A stretch of DNA of 64,000 bases, taken from positions 59,466 to 123,465 of the IMG/VR virus record IMGVR_UViG_3300011113_000491, one strand, 5' to 3'. Every line of letters starts with the position of its first letter. Position 1 is the first letter of the stretch. Shown here one piece after another: positions 48,347 through 58,574 of the stretch. The position numbers and the translations under genes were made by a program. The stretch is from a virus. The notes beneath the pieces are model-generated. The model saw only the letters and a list, made by a program, of their open reading frames with translations, had not been told where the DNA came from and ran no database searches.

Positions 48347-49744
48347 TTAAACTTTCCAATCACTGGTCTTTGCAAGGTTTCGTGGTTTTGCTTTGCTAAA
48401 GAAGTTTTGCTCTTCATCCTTTTGCTTCTTGGCAGCATCGCTGATGAATCCTTGATCTTCGGCAGAAACATCATACATCTTCATCTTAGCACGGTTGACA
48501 CCAACAATGAACTTGCGATTCTTTGCTTTGTCGTTATACCGATTCTTTAACTGCTTCACCATGATCTGATTAACTTCATCAAGTTCTTCTGTTGCAATCA
48601 AAGCAAACATTAGATCTGATGTTGCAGGAAGTCCAAAGGATTCTGAAGTATTTTCAAGATCAACATCTGTGTTACCATAACCTTCACGATTAGTCTGTGT
48701 AGCAGTAAACAGAGGAACATTGTATTCGATTGCAAGTCCTCGTAGTTCTTCTGCAATAGACTTCACATATTCGTAAGAGTTAACATTCTTTGAACCCTTG
48801 TGTCGAGAAGATGCACAGATGTTTAGATAATCAATGAAGATCACATCGGGAACAAACTTCTTCTTTAGTTTTAGTTCATCTAGAAGGAATCTAAAGTGAT
48901 TCGCATTTGCCGTGGCAGTTGGATATTCTTTGATGATTAGTTTCCCAGTCACACCAGCAGCAACTGCCTCAAGTTTCTTGTCGTAGACGGTCTTTGGCAT
49001 TGTTTTAAGATCGTCAATGTTTGTATCAAGAAGATTCGCATCGATTCTTTCTGCGATTCGTTCTTCTGCCATCTCACAAGTGATGTAGAGAACATTCATG
49101 CTACTCTTGAGACAGTGTGCTGCATGGTGACAAAGGAATAGAGACTTACCCACTCCAGTTCCTGCCATTACTACATTGAGTGTCTTGGCAGTTACACCAT
49201 CTCTGGTGATGGAGTTGAAGAACTCCAGATCAAACGGAATCTTCTTCTCTTCCTTGTGGTAGAAGTCGTATCGTTTGTCTGCGTCTTCAATATAATCATG
49301 TCCGATGTTGGGGTCAAAAGATACCGCAAGTGCCTTACTGAGAATATCAGGAATCTCGCCATCGCCTCTAGCAGACTTGCCATCAATGATGTTGATGGAT
49401 TCCATTATGGCGTTGTAGATTGCTTTCTTACGACAGAACTCTTCAGTTTCTTTCGTCAACCAGTCTAGATCAACTTTGTCAGCATCAGAAGTGATTGACT
49501 CCACAACATCGGAAATATCCTTGACTTGTACTTCGGTTAGATTCTTTTCCTTGTCAAGAATAATAATCAACGCTTCCTTGGTGGGAAGACCGTTGTACTT
49601 GAGAAAGTAATCCCTAACAGTTTCAAAGATGAATCTTTCAGAGAAGTTATGAAAGTACTCCTTTAGTAAAAAGGGAGATACTTTTCTTGCAAAGTTTTCG
49701 TCTTTGATTAGGTTATGTAGGATTACTTGCTCAATATTATTCAT
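48347..49744 (-). CDS. Replicative helicase (T4 gp41-like)
   Basis: [41 protein letters not shown]. Confidence 0.95.
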   Translation of the reverse strand: MNNIEQVILHNLIKDENFARKVSPFLLKEYFHNFSERFIFETVRDYFLKYNGLPTKEALIIILDKEKNLTEVQVKDISDVVESITSDADKVDLDWLTKETEEFCRKKAIYNAIMESINIIDGKSARGDGEIPDILSKALAVSFDPNIGHDYIEDADKRYDFYHKEEKKIPFDLEFFNSITRDGVTAKTLNVVMAGTGVGKSLFLCHHAAHCLKSSMNVLYITCEMAEERIAERIDANLLDTNIDDLKTMPKTVYDKKLEAVAAGVTGKLIIKEYPTATANANHFRFLLDELKLKKKFVPDVIFIDYLNICASSRHKGSKNVNSYEYVKSIAEELRGLAIEYNVPLFTATQTNREGYGNTDVDLENTSESFGLPATSDLMFALIATEELDEVNQIMVKQLKNRYNDKAKNRKFIVGVNRAKMKMYDVSAEDQGFISDAAKKQKDEEQNFFSKAKPRNLAKTSDWKV

Positions 49745-50786
49745 TTTCTTCCTCTACTACTGCTTCAGTTGATCCATACTTGAATTCTGATGCAGCTGCT
49801 TCGTTGATCTTGTCCATTAATTCCTTGGTAAAATACTTCTCAGGGTTTTCATAGATGTTCTTTTCAAACACCTTTGAACCATCTGGTAGTTCGATTCTAC
49901 CACTTGTCTTTGAGAGTATACCATGTTCTACTGCTAAGTCAACCAAACCATAATAAGGGTCTAAACCTGTTTCATAATTAAGACGGACATCAACGACCTT
50001 GTTTTCTTTTGTAAGACGACCCTTGTGTTGCTTGCAATGAATAATGTTGCCAACAACTTCACCAGAGGCATCCTTGTCCTTCTTCTTTGAAAGATAGACA
50101 ACAATTGATGCGGCGTACTTAAGACCAGAACCACCACCCATCTCCTTCATTGGAACATATGCACCAACTACATCATAAGTGTGATTAGTAATAATCATTG
50201 GAATATGGGCAATGCCAAGTTTAACAGTCAACACACGGAAAGTTGACTTGATAACTTGCGCCCTGGTCATATCACGAACTTCCTTTCCTTCGGCAGTATC
50301 GTTGATTTCCTTTGAGGTTGACAACATGCCGAGTGAGTCAAGAACAATCATCATCTTCTTTCTCTTGTTCTCTGGCATCTCAAGATACTTGTCAACAATC
50401 GTGACAATCTGCTTGCGGAACTCTTCAATTGTCATCACAGGAAAAACTGCTACACGCTTTGGATCGACTCCACGATTCTTAAACATTTCAGTTGTTACTG
50501 CTTGCTCTGAATCAAAGTAGAGAACAACTGCTTCAGGGTGATCCTTGAGGAACTTGGAAACAATACCCATAGTAATATAGGTCTTACCAGTTGCCTGTTC
50601 TCCTGCAAGTGCCATAATCTTGTTGTCAGGAATGCCACCATAAACATCACCAGAAACAAGGGCATTCAGAATGTGACATCCAGTATCAATGAGAACACCG
50701 ACATCACTTGTCGGAAGTCCATCGTTTACCAATGACGCATACTTGTTTCCAGACTCCTTAACGATACCATTCAAAAAATCACTCAT
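49737..50786 (-). CDS. uvsX: RecA-like recombinase
   Basis: [35 protein letters not shown]. Confidence 0.92.
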   Translation of the reverse strand: MSDFLNGIVKESGNKYASLVNDGLPTSDVGVLIDTGCHILNALVSGDVYGGIPDNKIMALAGEQATGKTYITMGIVSKFLKDHPEAVVLYFDSEQAVTTEMFKNRGVDPKRVAVFPVMTIEEFRKQIVTIVDKYLEMPENKRKKMMIVLDSLGMLSTSKEINDTAEGKEVRDMTRAQVIKSTFRVLTVKLGIAHIPMIITNHTYDVVGAYVPMKEMGGGSGLKYAASIVVYLSKKKDKDASGEVVGNIIHCKQHKGRLTKENKVVDVRLNYETGLDPYYGLVDLAVEHGILSKTSGRIELPDGSKVFEKNIYENPEKYFTKELMDKINEAAASEFKYGSTEAVVEEENE

Positions 50787-50819
50787 GTTTTCTCCTTACA
50801 ATAAATATACCAAATTCTT

Positions 50820-51488
50820 TTACTGATTTTCCTTGATGTCATAATAATAACAATCATCTTCTCCGTCAATAATCCACTTATCACTTTCTCCCTCGCATCT
50901 CCAAGAAATGTTATCTACCAGATAGTCTGGCTTTTCTGGAAATGGTTCGGTTACAAATGACATATTCTTCCAAAAAATTCTGTTGTTTGGTTGAAGAGCA
51001 TAATTGCCATCATCCAAAGCAATCATATGAAGACATTTATATTGACTTGGCTCATCTGAAAATGAGTTCCTATACCAGTCAAATGTCATCATATAATTAC
51101 CCCATGCTTCAGTCTTATCCTTAAAGACAACCTTCGCTCTACAATCAAACAAAGCATCATATTCAATTGCAGTTACATTTTCATGGAAACAATCCCACAA
51201 CTGAAGATAATCCAACTTCATCAGAGGAGTATCTGGTTTAGAACAAAGCATATGAATTGGAACTCTGCTCCTGACTAATCCATTGTCTGTAAGAACATGA
51301 AAGGTCATTGCTTTACCAGAGCATGATTGCGCTCCGAATACTTGAACCTTTACATATTCACCAACATGCTTTTTATGCTGGTACATATGCTCCATACGCA
51401 TATAGCAATAAAAATGTGGAATGTTTATGTTAAGCAAATAATGACTCCAAAGTACTAACTCGTTCTGCTTTCCAGTTGATTGCTGCAT
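50820..51488 (-). CDS. Conserved phage hypothetical protein
   Basis: LQLWDCF, HMIALDDGNYALQPNNRI; start uncertain. Confidence 0.65.
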   Translation of the reverse strand: MQQSTGKQNELVLWSHYLLNINIPHFYCYMRMEHMYQHKKHVGEYVKVQVFGAQSCSGKAMTFHVLTDNGLVRSRVPIHMLCSKPDTPLMKLDYLQLWDCFHENVTAIEYDALFDCRAKVVFKDKTEAWGNYMMTFDWYRNSFSDEPSQYKCLHMIALDDGNYALQPNNRIFWKNMSFVTEPFPEKPDYLVDNISWRCEGESDKWIIDGEDDCYYYDIKENQ

Positions 51489-51500
51489 ATCATAATTATA

Positions 51501-52436
51501 TTAAATGTCGTCTAAGTTAGACTTATCCCATTTGTTTTTTGTGCATTTTTTGACAGCAATTGAATGTTTTTCTTTTTGTGGATTTACATACTGTTGACTG
51601 TTTAACCATTTTTGTGATAAATATTTTGTATGATATTTTTGCGGTAAATAAATGTGTGCGTTACAAGAGGCGTAATGAAATATAATACTAGGAACTGGCT
51701 CTAGAGTAATATCGATAACTTTATTAACACCATGACTAATTTTTTTATCTGGAGGGCTCCAGTTTATTTTGTTTACATTCAAAGAAATAATTGGTATTTT
51801 GTAATCAACAAAACACATCTGAGCACAATATTGTTCATTAAAAAAACAAAATTTTTCATATTCTAATTTAGTTATATTATTAGAACCTAACAAATATTTA
51901 GCATTGTTGTTTAAAACAAGTCTTCTATTAACAATCGTTTTATAAAAGTTGGGTATTTGTTCAAACACGGTTCGGTCTAACACAACATGGCCACTATTGA
52001 TTCCAGCTTGTTTTAACAAAATGTCGTTAACTCTGCTCTTTATTTCCCGCAAACAATATACAGAACCAATATCATAATCAAAAAATTCACTAGGATCATC
52101 AAAAAATATAGTATCACAATCTAAGAAAAAAACTTTGTCATATCCTAATTCAAAAGTTTTTTGTATATGATACCACTTGCTCATATGGGGATCGTCACTA
52201 TAATCACTTAAAATAAATTTAACGTCTGGAAAATCATTTTTAAGACAAAATTGATTAAGGTGGTTATAGTTTAATAAATCAAAGTTTTTATTATCAGAAC
52301 ACATCATCACTATAACATCAAAGGGCGATTTGATTGTTTGTTTTTTTAAGGTATACAAACTATAGTGCAACATGGAAAAAAACTCTCCTTGACTATTTGC
52401 TTTATGAAACAAACTATACAAAAGGGCATTTTTCAT
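51501..52436 (-). CDS. GT-A fold glycosyltransferase-like protein
   Basis: FFLDCDTIF (DxD), GINSGHVVL, NEQ, IFHY; very AT-rich. Confidence 0.65.
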   Translation of the reverse strand: MKNALLYSLFHKANSQGEFFSMLHYSLYTLKKQTIKSPFDVIVMMCSDNKNFDLLNYNHLNQFCLKNDFPDVKFILSDYSDDPHMSKWYHIQKTFELGYDKVFFLDCDTIFFDDPSEFFDYDIGSVYCLREIKSRVNDILLKQAGINSGHVVLDRTVFEQIPNFYKTIVNRRLVLNNNAKYLLGSNNITKLEYEKFCFFNEQYCAQMCFVDYKIPIISLNVNKINWSPPDKKISHGVNKVIDITLEPVPSIIFHYASCNAHIYLPQKYHTKYLSQKWLNSQQYVNPQKEKHSIAVKKCTKNKWDKSNLDDI

Positions 52437-52477
52437 AATTTATATTCTTCAAACAATAAACTTAAGTAATTCTTACA

Positions 52478-53593
52478 TCATTCAAACAATGACTCTAATG
52501 TGCTAACTCGTTCTGCTTTCCAGTTGATTGCTGCAAGAATGGAACGAAGCGGTTCCATGAATGCTTTGTCAAACTGCATATCATAGTCTATGTAGTGATC
52601 AAGCTCAAACTCCTTTGGAATCTCGTTAATAAAAGAAATCACATGATCTTGACCACTGACACCACCAATTGGATTTGGTTTCTTCAGATATACAAACTTG
52701 ATCTTATCTCCGTCTGTAATCTGCTTGTACTTCTTATCCAACTTGTACTTCTTGATGTAATGATTGTAAATCAACGCACCCTTAACTTGAATCGGCGTTG
52801 ACTTACGATATATCTGTTGATTGTCGGCATACTCACCAAGACCATTTGCACTTCTCGGGAATGCTACATCTTCGGGACGATACTTCATAAACCTCTGACG
52901 TACATCATCAATGAAATCAATTAGTGAGTCCTCGTCCTTGCTCATTATGATCTTGATTGCAGATTCAAGATCCTTACGAACCGCTTCTGGTGTAGAACTG
53001 CGTGTTGTTTCGATACCCATGATCTTCAACTTGGGTTCTTTATACTGAACACCTTCCTTATTCCACATGTTTAGAATGTATCGCTTCTTTGCAGTCCAGA
53101 TGCCCTTCTCTGCGATGACTTCACGACCCATTACCATCTTGTTTTCATATGCATTCATGCTGTCGCGGAGTTTATCAAACTCTTTGTCGATGAAGGGTTG
53201 AATTATTGAATCACATGCCTTGTCAAGATATTTTGTAATCTTTACTGGATCGGTTTCATTTGGCATAATTTTGGTTACCAATTTATCCAGACAAATATAC
53301 ATTGAGTCTGTGTCTGAGGCAACGATATAGTCTTCGCCCGTTGTACCAAGAGTCTGATTCAACAATCGATTAATTGAGTTTGCGATATACTGAATTGAAA
53401 GTTGACCAGAAAGAGTAATTGCTTCTGCAATATCAGTGCTAAAATACCTGAAGTATTCATTACCGATTGCACCATATGCAGAGTTCAATTGAATCTTTCT
53501 AACCAACTGAAAGTTTGAATATTTTGATATGTCATATTCAAGGTTCTTCTTCAATGCAAGAAGTTCCTCGTCAGACAGTTTACTGTAGTCCAT
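52478..53593 (-). CDS. Family-B DNA polymerase, C-terminal part (gp43B-like)
   Basis: KIQLNSAYG (motif B), SDTDS (motif C), KKRY, MGIETTRSSTP, C-terminal LESLF clamp-binding tail. Confidence 0.93.
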   Translation of the reverse strand: MDYSKLSDEELLALKKNLEYDISKYSNFQLVRKIQLNSAYGAIGNEYFRYFSTDIAEAITLSGQLSIQYIANSINRLLNQTLGTTGEDYIVASDTDSMYICLDKLVTKIMPNETDPVKITKYLDKACDSIIQPFIDKEFDKLRDSMNAYENKMVMGREVIAEKGIWTAKKRYILNMWNKEGVQYKEPKLKIMGIETTRSSTPEAVRKDLESAIKIIMSKDEDSLIDFIDDVRQRFMKYRPEDVAFPRSANGLGEYADNQQIYRKSTPIQVKGALIYNHYIKKYKLDKKYKQITDGDKIKFVYLKKPNPIGGVSGQDHVISFINEIPKEFELDHYIDYDMQFDKAFMEPLRSILAAINWKAERVSTLESLFE

Positions 53594-53599
53594 AGGTAT

Positions 53600-53627
53600 A
53601 TTTTATCACAAGACGCTAGAAAGTCAA
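53600..53627 (-). promoter_or_regulatory. sigma70-type promoter for the polymerase C-part
   Basis: TTGACT-16-TAAAAT-6-ATG. Confidence 0.65.
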
Positions 53628-54220
53628 GTGTTGTTGATTTGTTTATATTGAGTGCAGGATGTCTGTATAATATCTTTTAGAGATATTGGTGCGTAATTAA
53701 GACCTTCCGAGTCTACACCTACATCAAAACTTAGATATCCTCTATTTGAACTGGTCATAAATCCGTGTTTGCCGTGAGAATGACCGTGTAGATGCACTGG
53801 TGTTTTTGAATTCCAAGAACGAAGAGGATAATGCGAAAGACATATTCTTTCGACATAAAAGTTTTGAACCCAACCCGGTTCGTTCTTTATATTCATTTCA
53901 AGATAATTACAAACACTCTTAAACTTTGCTTTCTTGAGATTTTCAGATTGCATAGTTGGGTCGTGATTGCCAATTACTAGATGTACCTTTTGGCATTTTA
54001 TTTCCGAAAGGATATCATTCACTCCATTTACCCAGTGCTTACCTTTACCAAAGTAAAAGTCACCGAGGTGATATAGAGTATCCTTTGCCGCTACATGCTC
54101 ATTGATCTTATCAATCAGCATCTTGTTCATTTCTTTTATATCTTTGAAATATTGATGCCGGTTGGTTAGATTTAGAATGTTAGTGTGGCCGAAATGAGAA
54201 TCGCTTGTGAACCAAATCAT
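53624..54220 (-). CDS. Calcineurin-like metallophosphoesterase
   Basis: SDSHFGH, LGD, GNHD, HYP, HGHSH, DVGVD. Confidence 0.88.
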   Translation of the reverse strand: MIWFTSDSHFGHTNILNLTNRHQYFKDIKEMNKMLIDKINEHVAAKDTLYHLGDFYFGKGKHWVNGVNDILSEIKCQKVHLVIGNHDPTMQSENLKKAKFKSVCNYLEMNIKNEPGWVQNFYVERICLSHYPLRSWNSKTPVHLHGHSHGKHGFMTSSNRGYLSFDVGVDSEGLNYAPISLKDIIQTSCTQYKQINNT

Positions 54221-54402
54221 CCTAGTAGAAGATCGCGGTTATCGTTTCTGTCTTCGTTTATCTTACGATCTGCTTCCGTCCAACCTAAGTTATACTCTCT
54301 CCAATATGCATCATTTGTTTCGTTAAGAATTGACTTATTTGGAAGACTGTTTTTTCTGTCCGTGTATCCGTCTAGAAATCCTTTGCCCGGTTGATGTGTC
54401 AT
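54217..54402 (-). CDS. Small hypothetical protein
   Basis: GFLDGY..EYNLGW..LLLG; start reset to ATG 54402. Confidence 0.5.
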   Translation of the reverse strand: MTHQPGKGFLDGYTDRKNSLPNKSILNETNDAYWREYNLGWTEADRKINEDRNDNRDLLLG

Positions 54403-54502
54403 TTTTCTTCTTTCCGAATATGGCATCGTAATTTTCGCCATACTTCTTTAAATCCACTTTACGGTAAGAATCACCCTTACCAGCACCATGTTTCCTACTC
54501 AT
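54335..54502 (-). CDS. 55-aa hypothetical protein (not in the ORF track)
   Basis: MSRKHGAGKGDSYRKVDLKKYGENYDAIFG; ATG directly after the upstream stop. Confidence 0.5.
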   Translation of the reverse strand: MSRKHGAGKGDSYRKVDLKKYGENYDAIFGKKKNDTSTGQRISRRIHGQKKQSSK

Positions 54503-54504
54503 AT

Positions 54505-54813
54505 TTAGTCTGCGCCGTTAATGATATTATCAAAATTTGTAGGTTCACCAATACGATCAGCAAACTTCTTAGTGAGAACTATTCCCTCATCCGTATATGT
54601 TAACCACAACCCCTCTCGCATCAATTCTTTCATTGCGATAAGTTCATCGTTATCAAACTGCGAGACAACAATAGGATCATCGTCAATCAAACCTTCAATG
54701 ATTTCTACTTCAACATTCTTTGCCCATTTTGCGGCATAAAAAGTTTCAGAGTAGGAGGTTATTGCTTTTTCAATCTTGTTCTTCAACGCTTGTAGTCGAT
54801 ATATTTGTGTCAT
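54505..54813 (-). CDS. Hypothetical protein
   Basis: Operon-embedded ORF. Confidence 0.55.
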   Translation of the reverse strand: MTQIYRLQALKNKIEKAITSYSETFYAAKWAKNVEVEIIEGLIDDDPIVVSQFDNDELIAMKELMREGLWLTYTDEGIVLTKKFADRIGEPTNFDNIINGAD

Positions 54814-54985
54814 GATTATATTTATCCATGAATACTGAGATCATCAAGGGGTAGTGCTTGACGACATGGCGGGCCCTTTCACGAATATACTTAGGCACTT
54901 TTGGTGTCTTCTTGGGATCAAGCAGATCATACATGAACTGCCGGCACGATTCAAGTGAACGAATTTCTTCTTCTAAAGTTGACAT
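54770..54985 (-). CDS. Small hypothetical protein (BPSL0761-like motif)
   Basis: RQFMYDLLDPKKTPKVPKYIRERARHVVKHYP; ATG 54985 just after tRNA-Asn. Confidence 0.6.
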   Translation of the reverse strand: MSTLEEEIRSLESCRQFMYDLLDPKKTPKVPKYIRERARHVVKHYPLMISVFMDKYNHDTNISTTSVEEQD

Positions 54986-54987
54986 AA

Positions 54988-55060
54988 CTCTTCGGACTGG
55001 GATCGAACCAGTGACATTGGAGTTAACAGCTCCACGCTCTACCATCTGAGCTACCGAAGA
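54988..55060 (-). tRNA. tRNA-Asn(GTT)
   Basis: Acceptor TCTTCGG/CCGAAGA, anticodon loop CTGTTAA, T-loop TTCGATC; no encoded CCA. Confidence 0.92.
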
Positions 55061-55067
55061 AAAATAA

Positions 55068-55637
55068 TTATAAAATAGATCTACTCTTATCAAGTGTCCA
55101 AAAACTTGCTACAGTATATCTTGTACAATTTTTAATTGGGGTTACACCATGAAGATGAACACAATCTCCGGGATGAATTGCTAGTTTACCCATTTTAGGA
55201 GTAATTTCAATATTAAAATTTGGATAATAAGTTTTTCCTCCTTCATAATCATCATTCAGATATAATACGCAACCAAATACTCTATGTCCAAATTTCTTAA
55301 CTTCTTCACTATTATTGGACATATCATCGCAGTGTGGAGTTTGTTGCATTCCTTCAAACCATCTAATTAAATCAATAGTGTCTGGATATATCTCTTGTAT
55401 ACCATACTCAGATATAATAGTTTTTTGAGTATTAATCATCAAAGATTTAAAGATATTCTTATATTCTGGATCTGTAAATTTTTGATAATTTATCTGTCTG
55501 CCAGACCAAAAATCATATGGGTGTGTTGCGGTTTCAGATTCTTTCCACATATCCGTACTGTTAGCAAAATTTATAAGCATCTCACACTCTGGAACGGAAA
55601 GAAAATTATCAAATGTTTTTGCGTTAAAATTATTCAT
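55068..55637 (-). CDS. 2OG-Fe(II) oxygenase (prolyl-hydroxylase-like)
   Basis: HCD, LYLNDDYEGG, HGV, RYT. Confidence 0.85.
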   Translation of the reverse strand: MNNFNAKTFDNFLSVPECEMLINFANSTDMWKESETATHPYDFWSGRQINYQKFTDPEYKNIFKSLMINTQKTIISEYGIQEIYPDTIDLIRWFEGMQQTPHCDDMSNNSEEVKKFGHRVFGCVLYLNDDYEGGKTYYPNFNIEITPKMGKLAIHPGDCVHLHGVTPIKNCTRYTVASFWTLDKSRSIL

Positions 55638-56424
55638 TGTTTTCTCCTAAATTTTTATTAATAAAAGGACATCCTGATATTCTACGTTGATGATCTGGAA
55701 ATACTTTATTATTTTCAATGTCATAAATTCCTTTCATGTATAATTTATGATTGGAATTATGTGGTTGAGTTTTTTGTAACTCGTCTCTTTTTTTTGCCCA
55801 AGCTTTATGTGTTTTCGAAAAATCAGAGTCATGTTCTCCCTGTTCGATTATACAATCAAAAGACTCTAGATAATATCTAGGTATAGGAAATATTGTTGCT
55901 AATGGTTCACCCTTTAGAAAAGTTACAGTTTCATATGGTTTTGTAATTTTCCAATTTAATGTAAATGTATAAGGAAGCCAGTCAGTCTCAATTATTGCCT
56001 CTAATGCTTGAGCTCCATGTCTAAAAAAGTTTGTTGGACCTTTAACAAATAGATTATGACCAGGACTTGTTTTAAAAATATATCTTAGGTAACTAAAAGT
56101 AATTATTCCATTTCCAAAATGAGAAGATATATGACTAGGCCGATCTTCAACAAAATCAAGATCGTCCATTGTTTCTACACAAAACTCAAACTTAATTGCG
56201 TTATGTGAACTTAAGTTTCCATTCCATATTGCAGTAAAGGAAATTGGATTAATAATCTCCCATCCATAACCATTTGCTACACTAAGAGGAAGACATCTAT
56301 ATGCATATCCATTGGATACATCCATCCATTCTCTTCTCTTTGCTGCTACAACAAGATCATAAGAACTTTTTCCTTCTCCCGGAAGTAGCCATTGTGTTAG
56401 TTTTTTATCTTTTTCAATAGACAT
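55630..56424 (-). CDS. DUF6065-like protein
   Basis: RREWMD..AYRCLPL..AN.YGW, SHFGNG, IETDWLPYTFTLNWK. Confidence 0.75.
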   Translation of the reverse strand: MSIEKDKKLTQWLLPGEGKSSYDLVVAAKRREWMDVSNGYAYRCLPLSVANGYGWEIINPISFTAIWNGNLSSHNAIKFEFCVETMDDLDFVEDRPSHISSHFGNGIITFSYLRYIFKTSPGHNLFVKGPTNFFRHGAQALEAIIETDWLPYTFTLNWKITKPYETVTFLKGEPLATIFPIPRYYLESFDCIIEQGEHDSDFSKTHKAWAKKRDELQKTQPHNSNHKLYMKGIYDIENNKVFPDHQRRISGCPFINKNLGENNE

Positions 56425-56444
56425 AGTAAAAATGTTATATTAAA

Positions 56445-56516
56445 AGAGGATGACGGGAGTTGAACCCGCAACATCTACCTTGGAAGGGTAGCACTCTGCC
56501 ATTGAGTTACATCCTC
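56445..56516 (-). tRNA. tRNA-Gly(TCC)
   Basis: Acceptor GAGGATG/CATCCTC, anticodon loop CTTCCAA, T-loop TTCAACT. Confidence 0.9.
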
Positions 56517-56521
56517 AGCAA

Positions 56522-56606
56522 TAGGACCGGCGGGAATCGAACCCGCATGGTTTTTGAAACCGAGGGATTTTAAGTCCCTTGCGTCTGCCTGTTCCGCCAC
56601 AGTCCC
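56522..56606 (-). tRNA. tRNA-Leu(TAA)
   Basis: Acceptor GGGACTG/CGGTCCT, anticodon loop CTTAAAA, long variable arm, T-loop TTCGATT. Confidence 0.92.
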
Positions 56607-56614
56607 GAACATGT

Positions 56615-58084
56615 TTATAGTATACCACGATTCTTCATCTCTGCAACAACTTTTTCAAGTTCCTTTTGAGATTCAATCATTTTAACCTTAAACATTTTAC
56701 GGTCTTGATACATCTTATCCATCAGTTCAGGAAGAAATCCACGCCGTTCTTTTGTATAAGTCGTGCCGTTGGCGGCAACAGATACATTATGTTGCCGCAT
56801 CTCGTCAACATAATCTTTGCCCATTTGCGATCCGCTCAATAGATCATTTACTGCAATATTATTTCTGCCGCCGTGAGAAGTCTTTGTGTCGGGGGAAATG
56901 TTGTACTGCATGATAAGATGGGGATATAGGGAGTTCAAGTCAAATGAAACAATCCACTTGTGCATTCCAGTAATTGGATCCTTAACATAAGCACCAGCAT
57001 ACTGATCGTCTTTAGATGACTTACCCTTTGGTGGTATGGCAATCTTCTGTTTTGCAAGGTGATTGTAGATAATCACATCCCATGTTTTGACTTGAGAAAA
57101 TACATCCGTGAAGTTTACCCCTGCACTATATGCAAGTGCAAGGGCGAGTTCCAATAGTTTCAGCCTATCCTCAAGGCGTTCGACAAGGCGGACATCTTGG
57201 ATATTATATTCGATAAACTTCTGGAAATTCTTTGTATAAAATTCTTGAATGCTTTCATATTCCTTGTATGAGAGTTTGTTTTCTCCCAACTCAACATAGG
57301 CTATGTAGTCAAGGCGATATGATTCTCTGTTTACATATGTGAACTTTTGATAAAGTTCATAGTAATCTAGTGTAGAGATACCAACCAAATCATAAACAGT
57401 CTTTTCCCTACCACCCTTGTCTATAACATTCTTGTCTCTGATCATCCCCCAAGGAGAAAGTTCCTTGGTTTTGTTCTTTCCAAGAACCATGAGCATCCGA
57501 TTGTAAAGATAAGGAATGTCGAAGAACCTTACATTCCACCCAGTCAAAACATGAGGATAATCATTACTGAAATACTTGAGAAATGCTAGAAGCACTTCCT
57601 TCTCATCGTGATGACAGAATACAACCTCATCACCCTTTGCTTTGTATTCTCCACGACAAAACACATAAGGTTTTCCTCCACGACGAGTTATGGTGATTGC
57701 TAGGATTTCTTCGATTGGATTTTCAAATGATGGGAATCCACTGTCTGCTGTAGTCTCAATATCAAAATAGGCGATATCGACATCATTTACATTGTACTGT
57801 CCATCGTAGTTATCACGAATATACTGATACTCTGCACCAATCTCCCCGTGGATCTCAAATCCTTGGACTCCATCATACTTCTTGATAAAATCCCTCGCCT
57901 CTGTATTGGATTCAAACTTCATTTCTTTAAGAGGAACGCCGTCAATTGACTTCCAATCTCCGGCAGGCGCCTTGACATACAGAGAGGGTTCATATGCCAT
58001 TCTGAAATCATTCTTCAGACCATTGTTAACTTCACGGCACAGAACTTGTGTTCCGTATGAAAAGACATTCATATATTGTCGCAT
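56615..58084 (-). CDS. Family-B DNA polymerase, N-terminal part (gp43A-like)
   Basis: FDIET (ExoI), GWNVRFFDIPY (ExoII), YNIQDV (ExoIII), SFDLNSLYP (motif A); ends in the fingers helix. Confidence 0.93.
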   Translation of the reverse strand: MRQYMNVFSYGTQVLCREVNNGLKNDFRMAYEPSLYVKAPAGDWKSIDGVPLKEMKFESNTEARDFIKKYDGVQGFEIHGEIGAEYQYIRDNYDGQYNVNDVDIAYFDIETTADSGFPSFENPIEEILAITITRRGGKPYVFCRGEYKAKGDEVVFCHHDEKEVLLAFLKYFSNDYPHVLTGWNVRFFDIPYLYNRMLMVLGKNKTKELSPWGMIRDKNVIDKGGREKTVYDLVGISTLDYYELYQKFTYVNRESYRLDYIAYVELGENKLSYKEYESIQEFYTKNFQKFIEYNIQDVRLVERLEDRLKLLELALALAYSAGVNFTDVFSQVKTWDVIIYNHLAKQKIAIPPKGKSSKDDQYAGAYVKDPITGMHKWIVSFDLNSLYPHLIMQYNISPDTKTSHGGRNNIAVNDLLSGSQMGKDYVDEMRQHNVSVAANGTTYTKERRGFLPELMDKMYQDRKMFKVKMIESQKELEKVVAEMKNRGIL

Positions 58085-58090
58085 GTCAGT

Positions 58091-58119
58091 AGTATATCAG
58101 TTGTTTTTGATTGCGTCAA
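58091..58119 (-). promoter_or_regulatory. sigma70-type promoter for the polymerase N-part
   Basis: TTGACG-17-TATACT-6-ATG. Confidence 0.75.
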
Positions 58120-58176
58120 TAACTCTATCTTTTAATAGAATTAAATTAAACCAAATTGCTATAATAGTAGATTTAA

Positions 58177-58572
58177 TCATTGTGTCTCTCTTGGTGAATC
58201 CCACTCTATCTTCATATCGTTTCCAACATAAATTCTGCTTCTAGAATGTTCGGTCTTCTGATCCTTTTGTTGTGTGTATGCATAAAGTAGCACCATGTAG
58301 TTAATAACATCAACACAGGTGTCCTTAAATGATTCATCGGTCACATGCATTTTGCCAGACTGAATAAAGGAACTCAGACGACTCATCTTATCCGTGAGGC
58401 GCACCATGAATCCTTGTTCGGTCTTACAAATGCCCATTGCCTCGACCCTAGTAAAATTCGCAAATGGTTCTCTTCCTTCATTTCCGGCATAGTCTTTATT
58501 TTTAAGACTCATCAAATGTCGTGCATCTGCACATAGATCTTCGTGTATTTTAAGTAGTTCTTCTCTAGTCAT
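58177..58572 (-). CDS. Nucleotide-modification-associated (DUF1599-like) all-alpha protein
   Basis: KNKDYA..PFANF..VRLTDKMSRL..ESFKDTCVDVINY. Confidence 0.7.
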   Translation of the reverse strand: MTREELLKIHEDLCADARHLMSLKNKDYAGNEGREPFANFTRVEAMGICKTEQGFMVRLTDKMSRLSSFIQSGKMHVTDESFKDTCVDVINYMVLLYAYTQQKDQKTEHSRSRIYVGNDMKIEWDSPRETQ

Positions 58573-58574
58573 AT

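Noticed and set aside
54986-55093. N-terminal extension of ORF 54770-55093
   Set aside because: It is a translation of tRNA-Asn; the likely start is 54985
53594-56614. Intron or split intein in the polymerase
   Set aside because: No intein terminal residues or homing endonuclease; the gap holds ordinary genes and tRNAs, and the C-part has its own promoter and ATG
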